Source of the DNA: a virus
Lineage: Duplodnaviria > Heunggongvirae > Uroviricota > Caudoviricetes
Strand: one strand, 5' to 3'
Length of the DNA stretch: 64,000 nt
Virus record (IMG/VR): IMGVR_UViG_3300028584_001242
Shown here: positions 17,286 through 26,815 of the stretch, in pieces
How positions within the stretch are numbered: position 1 is the first letter of the stretch
Layout: each line of letters begins with the position of its first letter
Translations under genes and position numbers: made by a program
Notes under the pieces: model-generated
Database searches by the model: none
Told to the model about the DNA's origin: nothing
The model's input: only the letters and a program-made list of their open reading frames with translations

Positions 17286-17725
17286 TCGGACACCAGAACA
17301 GGCCGTTCAAATATTTTTCCAAACCAAAGAGCATTTTTCATGCCGGTATCAACCGATTTCATACGGCCACAAGGGCGATACATTTCACGGTTATTGAAAG
17401 TTGGACGTTTCTCATGCCAGCTCCAAAAACCATCAAGGCTACCCGTCAAGAAATTAGCCCATTCCGGGGCCGATTCCCAACTTGGACGTTGAGTGACCAT
17501 AAAGAACAATTCTGGATCAAGGTCGAAATACAAGTTGGGGTTGTTGAGTATTTTGGATGTAAACACCAAATCATTGTCGAGACAATCACGCTTAGAGCTA
17601 TGAATCAATTCATTGGTGATATCCTGATGAGGGTAATCTTCAGCCGAAACACGTTCACGCACCAGTTTTGCAATTTTGCTAATGTTGCATTCAATTTCGG
17701 AAGCGGAAATAGTAGGCTTGCACAT
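17282..17725 (-). CDS. hypothetical protein, about 147 aa
   Basis: Start MCKPTISASE after a GAGG RBS. Confidence 0.5.
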   Translation of the reverse strand: MCKPTISASEIECNISKIAKLVRERVSAEDYPHQDITNELIHSSKRDCLDNDLVFTSKILNNPNLYFDLDPELFFMVTQRPSWESAPEWANFLTGSLDGFWSWHEKRPTFNNREMYRPCGRMKSVDTGMKNALWFGKIFERPVLVSE

Positions 17726-17803
17726 GAGATTAACCTCTGTAAGTAATGACGTAATTATAACAGAATTACTGCATGTTTTCAACATCTACTCGTTTTTTAA
17801 AGA

Positions 17804-17832
17804 TTGTTTTTTGTGTTTAATTGTATTATAAT
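17804..17832 (+). promoter_or_regulatory. sigma70-like promoter TTGTTT-N17-TATAAT
   Basis: Upstream of plus-strand gene 17866..18123. Confidence 0.45.
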
Positions 17833-17865
17833 AGGTGTCCAAAACCACTTAATGGAATCTTAACA

Positions 17866-18123
17866 ATGAACACACCTGTACAAGAAATTCCTTGGCATGA
17901 AGCTCCTGCTGGTACCACACACTACGCTCCTGAAAGTGAAGACTTTCAATATGCGGAAAGCTGGTATCGTTTTGAAAACGGTGAGTGGTATTGTGTCAAC
18001 ACGTATAATGCTTGGCGTGTAGTGAATCGTGGAATTAAAGCATGGCATCATATTGGCAAGACACTCAAACGCCCAATGACTGATTTGGTTGATCGTGTTG
18101 CGTCTGTTGAATCGACAAGCTAA
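17866..18123 (+). CDS. hypothetical Trp-rich protein, about 85 aa
   Basis: Start MNTPVQEIPW downstream of the promoter. Plus-strand terminator follows. Confidence 0.5.
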   Translation: MNTPVQEIPWHEAPAGTTHYAPESEDFQYAESWYRFENGEWYCVNTYNAWRVVNRGIKAWHHIGKTLKRPMTDLVDRVASVESTS

Positions 18124-18140
18124 ATACATCAGAAATGAAA

Positions 18141-18166
18141 AGCCGGTTAATTCCGGTTTTTTTTAT
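18141..18166 (+). terminator. terminator AGCCGG-ttaatt-CCGGTT plus T8
   Basis: Hairpin with T-run. Confidence 0.55.
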
Positions 18167-18212
18167 GCCTGAAAATAGTTGGGTGTAGCCTGATTTATTG
18201 ATATATAAAAAA

Positions 18213-18245
18213 AGGCACTCCATCGCTGAAATGCCCTTTCATACC
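18213..18245. repeat. hairpin element aaaaaGGCACTCCATCGCTGAAATGCC, near-repeat of 18979..19013
   Basis: Two similar elements of about 33 nt bracket gene 18254..18901. Confidence 0.45.
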
Positions 18246-18253
18246 TGAGTGTC

Positions 18254-18901
18254 TTATTCTTTGCGAGCTTCCATTACCTGAAACAGCCCACGACCATGAA
18301 GCGGATTGGTATTGATCACACTGTTTTGGATGTAGTTCAACAACGTTGGGTATTTTTTCTGCAGATTCCTTGGCAGTTCTGCAAACAATAAATCCTTCAA
18401 GGTATTGAAGTGCCAATTATTTGGATTGTAATACACAGTATCATTTTGAGCTTTGATGGTGTAGTTACGGAAACCCAATTCACGGTATGCGGCAATTAGA
18501 GCTTCATAATCTTCCGGGTCAATGGTTTTCTTGTTGATGATCAAGGCCGCTCCCAAATCGATCTCAGGGACACGTACAGCGGCCAAAAACTCTTGGGTCA
18601 GCTTATCAACAGCGTCGTGAATACGAGCATTATTGTTTGATGTCGCAACCACTTTTTCATTGATGAGTTTCGTAAAGGTTTCCAGATCGGTGACAAGCTG
18701 CTGGTGCATTGCCAGTGCTTCCGGTGGCATCGCATGGGTTCGCAATTCCCGAACAATATCCGCAACGCTATGACTGCGATCATATTCATCGTCATAAAAA
18801 TCCGGGGTTTCTGGAACGTCTTGCAGGTTGGCCCGCAAGGCGTCTTTTGCAACAGTAAAGTCGGCCAACAAATTTTTGATTTGTTCGATAGTGAGTGTCA
18901 T
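18254..18901 (-). CDS. hypothetical protein, 215 aa; member of a 3-copy paralog family
   Basis: Shares the YxELGF.NY.I / YYNPN block with 41670..42302 and 42709..43341. Confidence 0.55.
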   Translation of the reverse strand: MTLTIEQIKNLLADFTVAKDALRANLQDVPETPDFYDDEYDRSHSVADIVRELRTHAMPPEALAMHQQLVTDLETFTKLINEKVVATSNNNARIHDAVDKLTQEFLAAVRVPEIDLGAALIINKKTIDPEDYEALIAAYRELGFRNYTIKAQNDTVYYNPNNWHFNTLKDLLFAELPRNLQKKYPTLLNYIQNSVINTNPLHGRGLFQVMEARKE

Positions 18902-18978
18902 TATTATACCTTTAAGTAAGATCGAATGTAGGAATGGAGTATACCATTAAAAAGTTTTAAAAACAAGATTAATGACAA

Positions 18979-19013
18979 AAAAGGCACCCCATCGCTGGAA
19001 TGCCTCTTGTCCA
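18979..19013. repeat. hairpin element aaaaaaGGCACCCCATCGCTGGAATGCC, near-repeat of 18213..18245
   Basis: See 18213..18245. Confidence 0.45.
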
Positions 19014-19023
19014 TCAATCGAAG

Positions 19024-19425
19024 TTAGCGAACCCAGCTATTTGCCTCGAATACCGCCATGTGCAGGGCTTGGATTTTGGCTTGGAACGAACGAACAACCA
19101 TGTCGGATTCGCCCATTTGGCAGAAGTAGGCCATCGACTTATCGAGTTCAGCGATTTGTTCAAGAACCGCCCGGTTAACGCTATGCATCTGCATCGGGTC
19201 AAGACGAACAGAACGCTCACCAGACAGTTGAGCCGAACGCATATCACAAACAAGGCCATCAAGACGATTTACAACGACTTTATGCTTAGCAAGAAGATTT
19301 TCGTTAGCCTCCTGATCCTGAGTTGCAAAATCAGTCACGCTGTCCAGAACGTGCATGTTTTTTTCGAGGCCATGAACTGCCGCAGTTACAGCACCGATGA
19401 GCAGAGCGAGAGTCGAAGTTTTCAT
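19024..19425 (-). CDS. secreted protein with signal peptide, 133 aa
   Basis: N-terminus MKTSTLALLIGAVTAAVHG. AAGGAA RBS. TCGTTGTTATAAT promoter upstream. Confidence 0.55.
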   Translation of the reverse strand: MKTSTLALLIGAVTAAVHGLEKNMHVLDSVTDFATQDQEANENLLAKHKVVVNRLDGLVCDMRSAQLSGERSVRLDPMQMHSVNRAVLEQIAELDKSMAYFCQMGESDMVVRSFQAKIQALHMAVFEANSWVR

Positions 19426-19602
19426 GTTTTTGTTTCCTTGATTGGGTTAAGTGGGATTATTATAACAACGAATAGCTTATGAAACAAGCATTTTTTTCGA
19501 ATAAAACTGAGATTTATTGTGTTTTTAATGCTTGACAGAGAAGGTTTATTTGAAGAAATAAAAAACCCGGAACCAAGTCCGGGTCTTTCTTGAGCCGTTT
19601 GG

Positions 19603-19962
19603 TTATGCGGCCATCTTTTTCAGTTGCTCAATAAAGGCTTCCGATTCGAAGCGGTCGATGTCAGCGAAGTTGTTCTGACCACCAGAATAGTCTTTCATGC
19701 CTTTGCAAGTGCGGAACAGAACCTGCAGACCACGGCCCGAAGAAGAGTCGGAGATTTGAACATAAAGGCTTTCGCTGTGCAAGGTAACTTCGCCCGACAC
19801 TGCAATGCCACCTTTGTTACTGCGAACTTCAAAACCACCTGCTGGAAGGTTAAGCTTCACAGCCAGTTCTTTCAGTGCTTTTTTACCGGCACGGTGAAAT
19901 TGATCTTTGTTGGTTTCGTTGTAGGACATTTCTTTGTTTTTCAACTGTTGAAGAGTAGCCAT
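19603..19962 (-). CDS. hypothetical protein, 119 aa
   Basis: AAGAGG RBS. Terminator downstream. Confidence 0.5.
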   Translation of the reverse strand: MATLQQLKNKEMSYNETNKDQFHRAGKKALKELAVKLNLPAGGFEVRSNKGGIAVSGEVTLHSESLYVQISDSSSGRGLQVLFRTCKGMKDYSGGQNNFADIDRFESEAFIEQLKKMAA

Positions 19963-20033
19963 GTTGATAACCTCTTAGGTATCTGTTTGTGTGAGGTAAT
20001 TATACCAATCAAAAAACACATTTACAAGGTATT

Positions 20034-20309
20034 TTAGGATTTAATCGCCAGTTTTTGATTAATGACACGAATTGTTTCGCGGGCACGGTCTGCATCACGA
20101 TCACCTTCATCGTTATCAGAATAGCGAAGGCGTTGCAAAAGTTCACGATGTTCTTTGGCGATAATTTCAAAAAACGCCAACTTTTCACGGATATCGAGCA
20201 CGTCACTTGCCAGCATAACAATAGTGGAAGTCGAAGGCATTGTTTTCTGATCAGTAATCAGTTCCAAAGCCTCTTTGGGCACAATGTATCGATCAGCCAT
20301 GATGGTCAC
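20034..20309 (-). CDS. hypothetical protein, 91 aa
   Basis: AGGTGA RBS. Confidence 0.5.
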   Translation of the reverse strand: MTIMADRYIVPKEALELITDQKTMPSTSTIVMLASDVLDIREKLAFFEIIAKEHRELLQRLRYSDNDEGDRDADRARETIRVINQKLAIKS

Positions 20310-20380
20310 CTATTTGATTAATGGGGCAAGTATACCCCATTTTTACAAGGATGTCATTTATTTCTTATGAAAACTATTTT

Positions 20381-20854
20381 TTAAGCGTCTTCAAAAGCCG
20401 TCTTAAACTTGCTGAAATAAGGCATAGGGAACATGTCTTCTGGAATGCCGATATACGCATACGCATCATCAACATAGAAGAAATAATCATGGCGTTTAGC
20501 CCATTCTTCAACCAGTTCAGTGGTTGAAGGATCAAAGCTGTGCGGATTTTTTTCATCATACAAATAATTGGGGAAATAAGCAAAACGGAAACCTTTTTTT
20601 GGAAGGTTGTTGTATCCCGTCTGCTCTGGAACGAATTGAAAGGATTCAATATTCCTGATTTCACGAATGACTTCTTGCACATTGAATAAATCATTACGAC
20701 TAAAAAATTCTTGCAAATTGAGTGAACCAAAATGGTCAAAAAAAGCAACTGCCATTTCTTCTGGGGTAGGCTCTTGTTTTGCAACAACAGGCATTGTCTT
20801 TTTTACCGACATGGGACGTTTTGGTGGGGCGGCGTTCGATTCTTCAAGATACAT
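20381..20854 (-). CDS. hypothetical protein, 157 aa
   Basis: GAGGAA RBS. Confidence 0.5.
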   Translation of the reverse strand: MYLEESNAAPPKRPMSVKKTMPVVAKQEPTPEEMAVAFFDHFGSLNLQEFFSRNDLFNVQEVIREIRNIESFQFVPEQTGYNNLPKKGFRFAYFPNYLYDEKNPHSFDPSTTELVEEWAKRHDYFFYVDDAYAYIGIPEDMFPMPYFSKFKTAFEDA

Positions 20855-20918
20855 GATGATTCCTCAACTGTAATGAATTAATGAGATATTGAATTATACC
20901 TCAAAAATTAGATTTTAA

Positions 20919-21701
20919 TCAAGCAGCTTTTGACCGATTCGCAAAAAAATTGTAAACCGACATTTTTTTCATAAATCGTTTGATTTTAAGAGAGCTTCGA
21001 TTAGCAGATGTCTCAAGCTGACCCTCAGTAATACCCAAAAGTTCATAGGTGGCTTCATAGCTGCTAGTCAATGGCGATTGTTCCAGAATGCTAACAAAGT
21101 GCCGGATACGTTTCACCATATCCATTGGGCCAAAATCGAAATATTTGTCCTGTGTTTCATTCAAACTCAAAGTAGACAAATTATACTCAGGAATTTCAAG
21201 CGATTTCAGCCAGTGAAGAATAGTGTATTTGAAAATACCAAAATCATACTCATAATTCAGAGAAAACAATAGATATTTGTAAACGGCTGGGTGTAGACCA
21301 AAGAAAACAGACATTGGGAAAAATTCATTATGAAAAGTTTCTGCTTCTTTTTGAGTAGTCGCGGCTGGTGCATAGGTCAGCTTATAAAAAGTTTTAAAGT
21401 GTGGATAAGGTTTGAGAACAAAATCACGATCATGTTTACTTTCTTTCGAAGTAATCCAAAGGCCAAGAGCATTGAATTCAGGAGTTTGTGCTGCCCATTC
21501 AACGACACTGCAGATTTCGAGACTTTCTTTACGATCCGTAGTATCATCAAAGGTTTTATGTGCTTTTTTAAAAGCCAAAGTGCCCAAGTTTTTTTCAATA
21601 AATTCTGCAAGCATATTCAGGCGAAGAATAGTTTCGCTCAAAGGAATATAATCAGCCTTGTAAAACATATCATAAATAGTTTTGGGGTTGATAGCAGACA
21701 T
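20919..21701 (-). CDS. hypothetical protein, 260 aa
   Basis: Listed ORF with RBS. Confidence 0.55.
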   Translation of the reverse strand: MSAINPKTIYDMFYKADYIPLSETILRLNMLAEFIEKNLGTLAFKKAHKTFDDTTDRKESLEICSVVEWAAQTPEFNALGLWITSKESKHDRDFVLKPYPHFKTFYKLTYAPAATTQKEAETFHNEFFPMSVFFGLHPAVYKYLLFSLNYEYDFGIFKYTILHWLKSLEIPEYNLSTLSLNETQDKYFDFGPMDMVKRIRHFVSILEQSPLTSSYEATYELLGITEGQLETSANRSSLKIKRFMKKMSVYNFFANRSKAA

Positions 21702-21720
21702 GTCATGGCACCTGTGTTAA

Positions 21721-22152
21721 TTAGGATTGAAAAAGTTTAGATTTGAGTTTGCTCGCAATTGCCTGTAATCGCAAGCTAAATTCACTGTATTCGTAAACAG
21801 TGATCAGTTCAGAAACACAATGAAACTCTTTCTGAAACAAATCCACTCGGAGTTTCTGAAAATTCACTGGAACAAACAAAGGTTTACTAGGGTAGCCACG
21901 TTTGAACGTAAACGGCTCACTCACAAATTGAGTAATTCCACCAACTTGTCGAATGACAGTTGGATTATGAAAAGCACCATCACGATAAATAAACTGGTCG
22001 AGTGTGTAGTAGACAACATTATCGGTTACGTCAAGAACCATGAATGACTGCCCTGTAATGTTCATGAATTTAAATTCTTCAACATAATCCCACAACTGAC
22101 CAACTGCTGGCATAGGATGGGAAGGGGCTTGGTGAGTTTTCATAAAATACAC
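21721..22152 (-). CDS. hypothetical protein, 143 aa
   Basis: Listed ORF. Confidence 0.5.
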   Translation of the reverse strand: MYFMKTHQAPSHPMPAVGQLWDYVEEFKFMNITGQSFMVLDVTDNVVYYTLDQFIYRDGAFHNPTVIRQVGGITQFVSEPFTFKRGYPSKPLFVPVNFQKLRVDLFQKEFHCVSELITVYEYSEFSLRLQAIASKLKSKLFQS

Positions 22153-22257
22153 TCTATGTAATAGGTGAGTAGTTTATCAAAAAATATAGGTTTTGTCTAT
22201 TGTTTGACAGCAAAAATATTGAAAATTTAAAATCTTCCCATATCATAATAAAACAAA

Positions 22258-22283
22258 AAAAGACCTATCTCTAAGTCTTTTTT
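22258..22283. repeat. terminator hairpin aaaAGACCTATCTCTAAGTCTtttttt; direct repeat of 22908..22933
   Basis: Near-identical 26-nt elements flank gene 22329..22826. Confidence 0.55.
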
Positions 22284-22328
22284 ATTAAATTTTAAATAAT
22301 TGTCTTTTGTAAACTTCTAAATTTTTAC

Positions 22329-22826
22329 TTAGCTTTTGGTATAGAAATCTTTCAATTCAGTTATAGAAGGCTCCACAATACGAATATCTTTATGCAAAGT
22401 CACACTTCTATGAACTTTTTTGAAAAACTCGTATTCAGACGCAGACTCTTTTTTAAGTTGTTCTAATACAATCAATTGAATGTCTATTGTAAAATTACTG
22501 CAATTATATAAATGAACGCTGTATGAATCAACAGTTTCTACATAGTTTTTTTCGTCATCGCTCAATGACAAAATCTTATTTTCTTTCAAAAAGCAATCGA
22601 GCTTTTCTGTATTATCAAATAATATGCTGTTGGTTCCAAAATACGCCATATCACCAGACGTATTATAACCTGAAATATCTGTTGAGCTATATTTAATTTT
22701 GTTATTATGCTTATCCTGAATGACAAATTGAGCAGTATATTGATCATTTTTATAAAGAACTAGTGAGGGCAAGCCACCGTCAGCACCTTGGCTTCTTGTT
22801 CTTATCCATTCATATTTATCGTTCAT
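22329..22826 (-). CDS. hypothetical protein, 165 aa (AT-rich cassette)
   Basis: AAAGGAT RBS. Bracketed by repeated hairpins. Confidence 0.55.
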   Translation of the reverse strand: MNDKYEWIRTRSQGADGGLPSLVLYKNDQYTAQFVIQDKHNNKIKYSSTDISGYNTSGDMAYFGTNSILFDNTEKLDCFLKENKILSLSDDEKNYVETVDSYSVHLYNCSNFTIDIQLIVLEQLKKESASEYEFFKKVHRSVTLHKDIRIVEPSITELKDFYTKS

Positions 22827-22907
22827 GGAAAAATCCTTTAAATTAGAAAAATAATGTGGAAAAAATGTAGTAATTATAGCAAAAAAATAACAATTTTAAT
22901 ACATTTA

Positions 22908-22933
22908 AAAGACCTATCACTAGGTCTTTTTTA
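22908..22933. repeat. terminator hairpin aaaAGACCTATCACTAGGTCTtttttt
   Basis: See 22258..22283. Confidence 0.55.
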
Positions 22934-22946
22934 ATGTGCTGACTGA

Positions 22947-23819
22947 TTAAACAGTCATAACCATCGGCATTTCAGCAACAACCTTCTTGTATTCATCCGT
23001 GCCATATTTCAAGAAGTAGGCTTTGCGAGTGCTACCTTTGATTTTACTAGTCACAGTTTCAACCAGAACAGCACCAGTCAAGCTGCCTTGCACTTTGTAA
23101 AGACCATCTTCAAAGCTATCCACGTCATGGCTGAACACATTACGGTCATCACGCTCAACACTGGCCGAGAACATGGTTTGTCCTTTGGGTGCCTTGTGTG
23201 GCTGGAAAGCAAACAGCTTGTGTTCGTTCACATTGACAACTTTGAACGCTGGCAGCTTGGCTTTCACTTCAAAGTATTCGTCACCGATACGAACAACATC
23301 CACAGTAGACAGTGCAGATTGGTCGCCTTTGACGTAATACAAGGCTTCTGTCTGGCTTTGGAAGTAATGAACGCCATCAATGTCTTCGGTCGTAAAAACA
23401 CTGAATACCGGGCCTTGGCTGATACGTTTTTCTGGAACGATGAAGTCAGGATTCATACTTGCTTCAAAGTTGGTATTTTTTTGCTTTGGCGGTTCCAACA
23501 ACATCTCTTTCGGAATGATATAGACATTCAACAGAGCTTCATTTTTGGAAGCTGTTTTGGTGATGTTGAACAACGTGTAGTTACCTTCACTTTTGTAGGT
23601 ATCTTCAACCGACTTCCATTCCACACGGTTGACAGTGTTCAATTTAGACAGTGCCTGTGCGAAAACCTTTTTGTCCAACAACATCGAAGCACGACTGTTG
23701 TTAACATCACGGAAATAGGTGTTTACGAAATAAACCACATCATTGAAGGTCTTACCATGATGAATGATCGCAATCGAAGCAACAGCATTAGGGCGACGGT
23801 TTCCGTTAGTGTGGAACAT
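22947..23819 (-). CDS. hypothetical protein, about 290 aa
   Basis: Start MFHTNGN after a GAGGAT RBS. Confidence 0.55.
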   Translation of the reverse strand: MFHTNGNRRPNAVASIAIIHHGKTFNDVVYFVNTYFRDVNNSRASMLLDKKVFAQALSKLNTVNRVEWKSVEDTYKSEGNYTLFNITKTASKNEALLNVYIIPKEMLLEPPKQKNTNFEASMNPDFIVPEKRISQGPVFSVFTTEDIDGVHYFQSQTEALYYVKGDQSALSTVDVVRIGDEYFEVKAKLPAFKVVNVNEHKLFAFQPHKAPKGQTMFSASVERDDRNVFSHDVDSFEDGLYKVQGSLTGAVLVETVTSKIKGSTRKAYFLKYGTDEYKKVVAEMPMVMTV

Positions 23820-23948
23820 TTTAAAATCCTCATTCGTTTTAAGATGCGATAAGTATATCAAAAATAGGTTTTAAAGGCAACAAAAAATTGATTTTTGAAT
23901 AAAAAAGCCCCTGAACTAGTCAAGGGCTTCTTGTGCTACTTCGAAGTG

Positions 23949-24569
23949 TTAGGCAGTCACTACCGAACCTTCCAGAGCGGTGGTCATGTCGGCTTCGAAG
24001 GCTTCCATTTCGCGTGGTGCAAAAGCGTCAGCAACCACTTTCACTTCGGCGTTGATGAAGGCACGAACTGCTTTGATGTTGTCGGCTACCAGAAATTTGT
24101 TGTCAAGGGTGGCAACATAGAGCTGAGTGTGGTTGATGTAGTTACGAACAGCGACCAGTTCCAGCGAGCTACCCAGCAAGAAGTCAACCGGAACGTTACC
24201 GCCGTTGCTCAGCGAGAAGCCTACAAACGAGTCGCCATTTTCGACAGTGCGTTCTTCAAGGTCAACCACCACAACTTTGCTGGCTTTCAGCGAAGTGATT
24301 GGGGTCGATTTGTTCAGGAAAATCGTGCTAGCCTTGGCACCCTTCGGTTTGGCGTAGCTGATGACGGCAAAACGGTTGTCGATGATGGTAACCGATTGAG
24401 TTTCACCGTTTTTCATGGTGAGAGTCATGACGTTTGGAGCGTCGGTTTTCGACAGTGTGAATTCTTGGGTCAGCATTTTCGAAACAGCCTTCATGTCTTT
24501 GTTGGCGGTGAAGATGCTACGCAGTTTAGCGGACATTGCGGAGTGGTTGAGAACAGTAGTCTTAGTCAT
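23949..24569 (-). CDS. hypothetical protein, 206 aa
   Basis: GAAGGAA RBS. Confidence 0.55.
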   Translation of the reverse strand: MTKTTVLNHSAMSAKLRSIFTANKDMKAVSKMLTQEFTLSKTDAPNVMTLTMKNGETQSVTIIDNRFAVISYAKPKGAKASTIFLNKSTPITSLKASKVVVVDLEERTVENGDSFVGFSLSNGGNVPVDFLLGSSLELVAVRNYINHTQLYVATLDNKFLVADNIKAVRAFINAEVKVVADAFAPREMEAFEADMTTALEGSVVTA

Positions 24570-24641
24570 TTTTGATTTCCTTCACTTCGTTGATTTGATG
24601 GGTGTAGTATACCGAAAAACTCTTATTTGGACAAGCTTTTT

Positions 24642-25217
24642 TTACAGTTTAATCAAAAGATTTTCATCTTTATCTACTGAGAAAAGGCTCGAATTTTCGA
24701 TAACGTCTTTCAAGTGTGCCAATTCAGCTTGAACACGCACTTCTGGATTTTCTGGAAGGCGGGTGACGACAATCGAAACAACATCAGTCAAATTCGACCA
24801 TGCGTTAAGGTGTTCTTGGCCGGGTTGTGCTGGCTTGATGATATGTTTTGCACGAAAACGAACATCACTGCCTTTAATAGTCAACACATCCGACTTCATG
24901 CCGTTCAGTCGGTCAGCCAACGAAACAGATTCCAGCTCAACCAGCAGATTGACCTTTTGGAAGTCAGCCAGTTCCAGTTTTTTAAGCTGTTGGCCCAAGT
25001 CGAAGGTGCCTTTGGAAAGTTCTTCCGTGTTAGGAACAACGGTGAAAATTTTGTGACCCATGCGGAAAGTGAACATGTATTCTTGTGGAACAACCACTGC
25101 AGTCTTTTCCAACTGACTCACGGCCATTTTGATGCCAGACTTGATTTGTTCAAGCTTACGTTTCAATACGACACTGGATTTGATTTCAGAGAGGTTACCA
25201 ACATTGATAGTAGACAT
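24642..25217 (-). CDS. hypothetical protein, about 192 aa
   Basis: Start MSTINVGN. Confidence 0.5.
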   Translation of the reverse strand: MSTINVGNLSEIKSSVVLKRKLEQIKSGIKMAVSQLEKTAVVVPQEYMFTFRMGHKIFTVVPNTEELSKGTFDLGQQLKKLELADFQKVNLLVELESVSLADRLNGMKSDVLTIKGSDVRFRAKHIIKPAQPGQEHLNAWSNLTDVVSIVVTRLPENPEVRVQAELAHLKDVIENSSLFSVDKDENLLIKL

Positions 25218-25323
25218 TTTTGATTTACCTGTTCGAGTTAAGATGCGGCTATTATAAAACAAAAAAGATATTTTAGCAATAAAAAACCTTTCGAAAACGG
25301 CATTTTAATGATTTGAACTGTTT

Positions 25324-26001
25324 TTATTTGGGATTGACAACCGAATCCCACATGGCCGATATATCGAGAACTGCTCGATTAGACACAGGTGGTGAAAGCT
25401 GTTCACGAACATTATGAAACTTTTCATACATGCTGGCCCAATAACCCATCCGCCAGTTTTCAGCTTTCAACGGGTCGTTTTTTTCACCGTTAAGACTTTT
25501 CGAAATAAATTTTTCATTCTTCAATGCCAAGATAACAGCCTCAACCACTTCCAGAGCCGCTTTTTTCCAACTGGCTTCAACATTGTCAGGGATATTGAAA
25601 ATGAGTGGATTACTGGCATTGGCAGTCAATACTTCTGCTTTCAATCCGGGTTGATGGGACAAGTTCTTTTTGGCATAGATATCAATGTTCTTTTCCATGA
25701 AGGAATATTGCATAATTTCAAGTTCACGCTCTACCAATCTAGCCTCATAGTAATCAGGCATCATTTCCTGAATTTCCTTGTCAATGACAAGTGGTTTCAC
25801 CAAATGATCCGGCATCGACATGACTGCTTTTCGAGGGTTCGTTTCTTTAATTTTATAAACATGAATCCGACCATCTTCACCCCAATGAGCATCAGGGTCA
25901 CGAAGAAAAATTTGCGAAAGCACAGACAAACGACTCTTTGACGTAAGCGGGCTAATCAACATGATGCGTTTAACAATGATTTCGGCGTGAGTCAGTTTCA
26001 T
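25324..26001 (-). CDS. hypothetical protein, 225 aa
   Basis: GAGG RBS. Confidence 0.55.
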   Translation of the reverse strand: MKLTHAEIIVKRIMLISPLTSKSRLSVLSQIFLRDPDAHWGEDGRIHVYKIKETNPRKAVMSMPDHLVKPLVIDKEIQEMMPDYYEARLVERELEIMQYSFMEKNIDIYAKKNLSHQPGLKAEVLTANASNPLIFNIPDNVEASWKKAALEVVEAVILALKNEKFISKSLNGEKNDPLKAENWRMGYWASMYEKFHNVREQLSPPVSNRAVLDISAMWDSVVNPK

Positions 26002-26097
26002 TTGCGTAGCCTCATGGATTTATCTATACGCCATTATACAGATTTATCAAGAGTTAGACAACAAAAAACCGCTCGAAAGCGGCTTTTTTTAAATAGG

Positions 26098-26394
26098 TTA
26101 TGCTTTGTGAGGTCGCCACATACATTGAGAAATAGGCAAACCAATTTTTTCGTGGGTGTCATTTTCATAAACATCAAGAACGGTGGAGTTAATCTGAATC
26201 TCTTTATAGATAACAACGTTTTTGTGTTCATAAGTCACCAACGATCCAGAATGGCAAATAATATCTTGTGGCCCGTAGTCACGGCTAGAAGATATAACAC
26301 GATTTTTAGGATCTTTCGCATTTGGTTGCTGACGATCAAAACCACAACCGGAGAGTGCCAATGAAATAGCTAATCCAACTAATATTTTTTTCAT
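26098..26394 (-). CDS. lipoprotein, 98 aa
   Basis: Lipobox LALSGC. GGAG RBS. Confidence 0.55.
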   Translation of the reverse strand: MKKILVGLAISLALSGCGFDRQQPNAKDPKNRVISSSRDYGPQDIICHSGSLVTYEHKNVVIYKEIQINSTVLDVYENDTHEKIGLPISQCMWRPHKA

Positions 26395-26407
26395 GAAGAC
26401 TCCAATA

Positions 26408-26695
26408 TTATTTAAGTTTATGAATGGGTGCTGGCAGTCTGGCGTTTTTGGGTGTAATCAAATCAAATTGAACACGACCTTTAACAAAACCAAACACATC
26501 AAGATCATATTGAGAAGCACGCGGATCATCAACCGTCAAATGTTCCAAGTGATCGACAAAATCATTAAACTCTTTTACAGTTTGAAAAGCTACTTCTGCT
26601 GTTTTTGGACCACCCATGTAGTAATGGCCGTGGCTGGATTTGCAGAAAGCATGGGCATAACCATGACGGTTGACAACACTGGCAATGAATGGCAT
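26408..26695 (-). CDS. hypothetical His-rich protein, about 95 aa
   Basis: Start MPFIASVV with a perfect AAGGAG RBS. Confidence 0.5.
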   Translation of the reverse strand: MPFIASVVNRHGYAHAFCKSSHGHYYMGGPKTAEVAFQTVKEFNDFVDHLEHLTVDDPRASQYDLDVFGFVKGRVQFDLITPKNARLPAPIHKLK

Positions 26696-26815
26696 TTGCA
26701 GCTCCTTAATAGAATGTTTCAATAGGTGAAGTATATCAAAAAACACAATCTTCGTAAAGTTATTTTAGCTAAAAAAAAGCCCTAGAAGACTAGGGCAATT
26801 TTATCAAACGGTGAA

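Noticed and set aside
23088-24575. Long plus-strand ORFs (23088..23852, 23895..24575, also 26834..27853, 28880..29470, 29489..30082, 25414..25941, 51587..52252) overlapping minus-strand genes
   Set aside because: They have no Shine-Dalgarno sequences or promoters. They lie antisense to genes that do have both, and several of those genes have recognisable homologs (Rnl1, Orn). They are low-complexity antisense shadow ORFs in AT-rich DNA.
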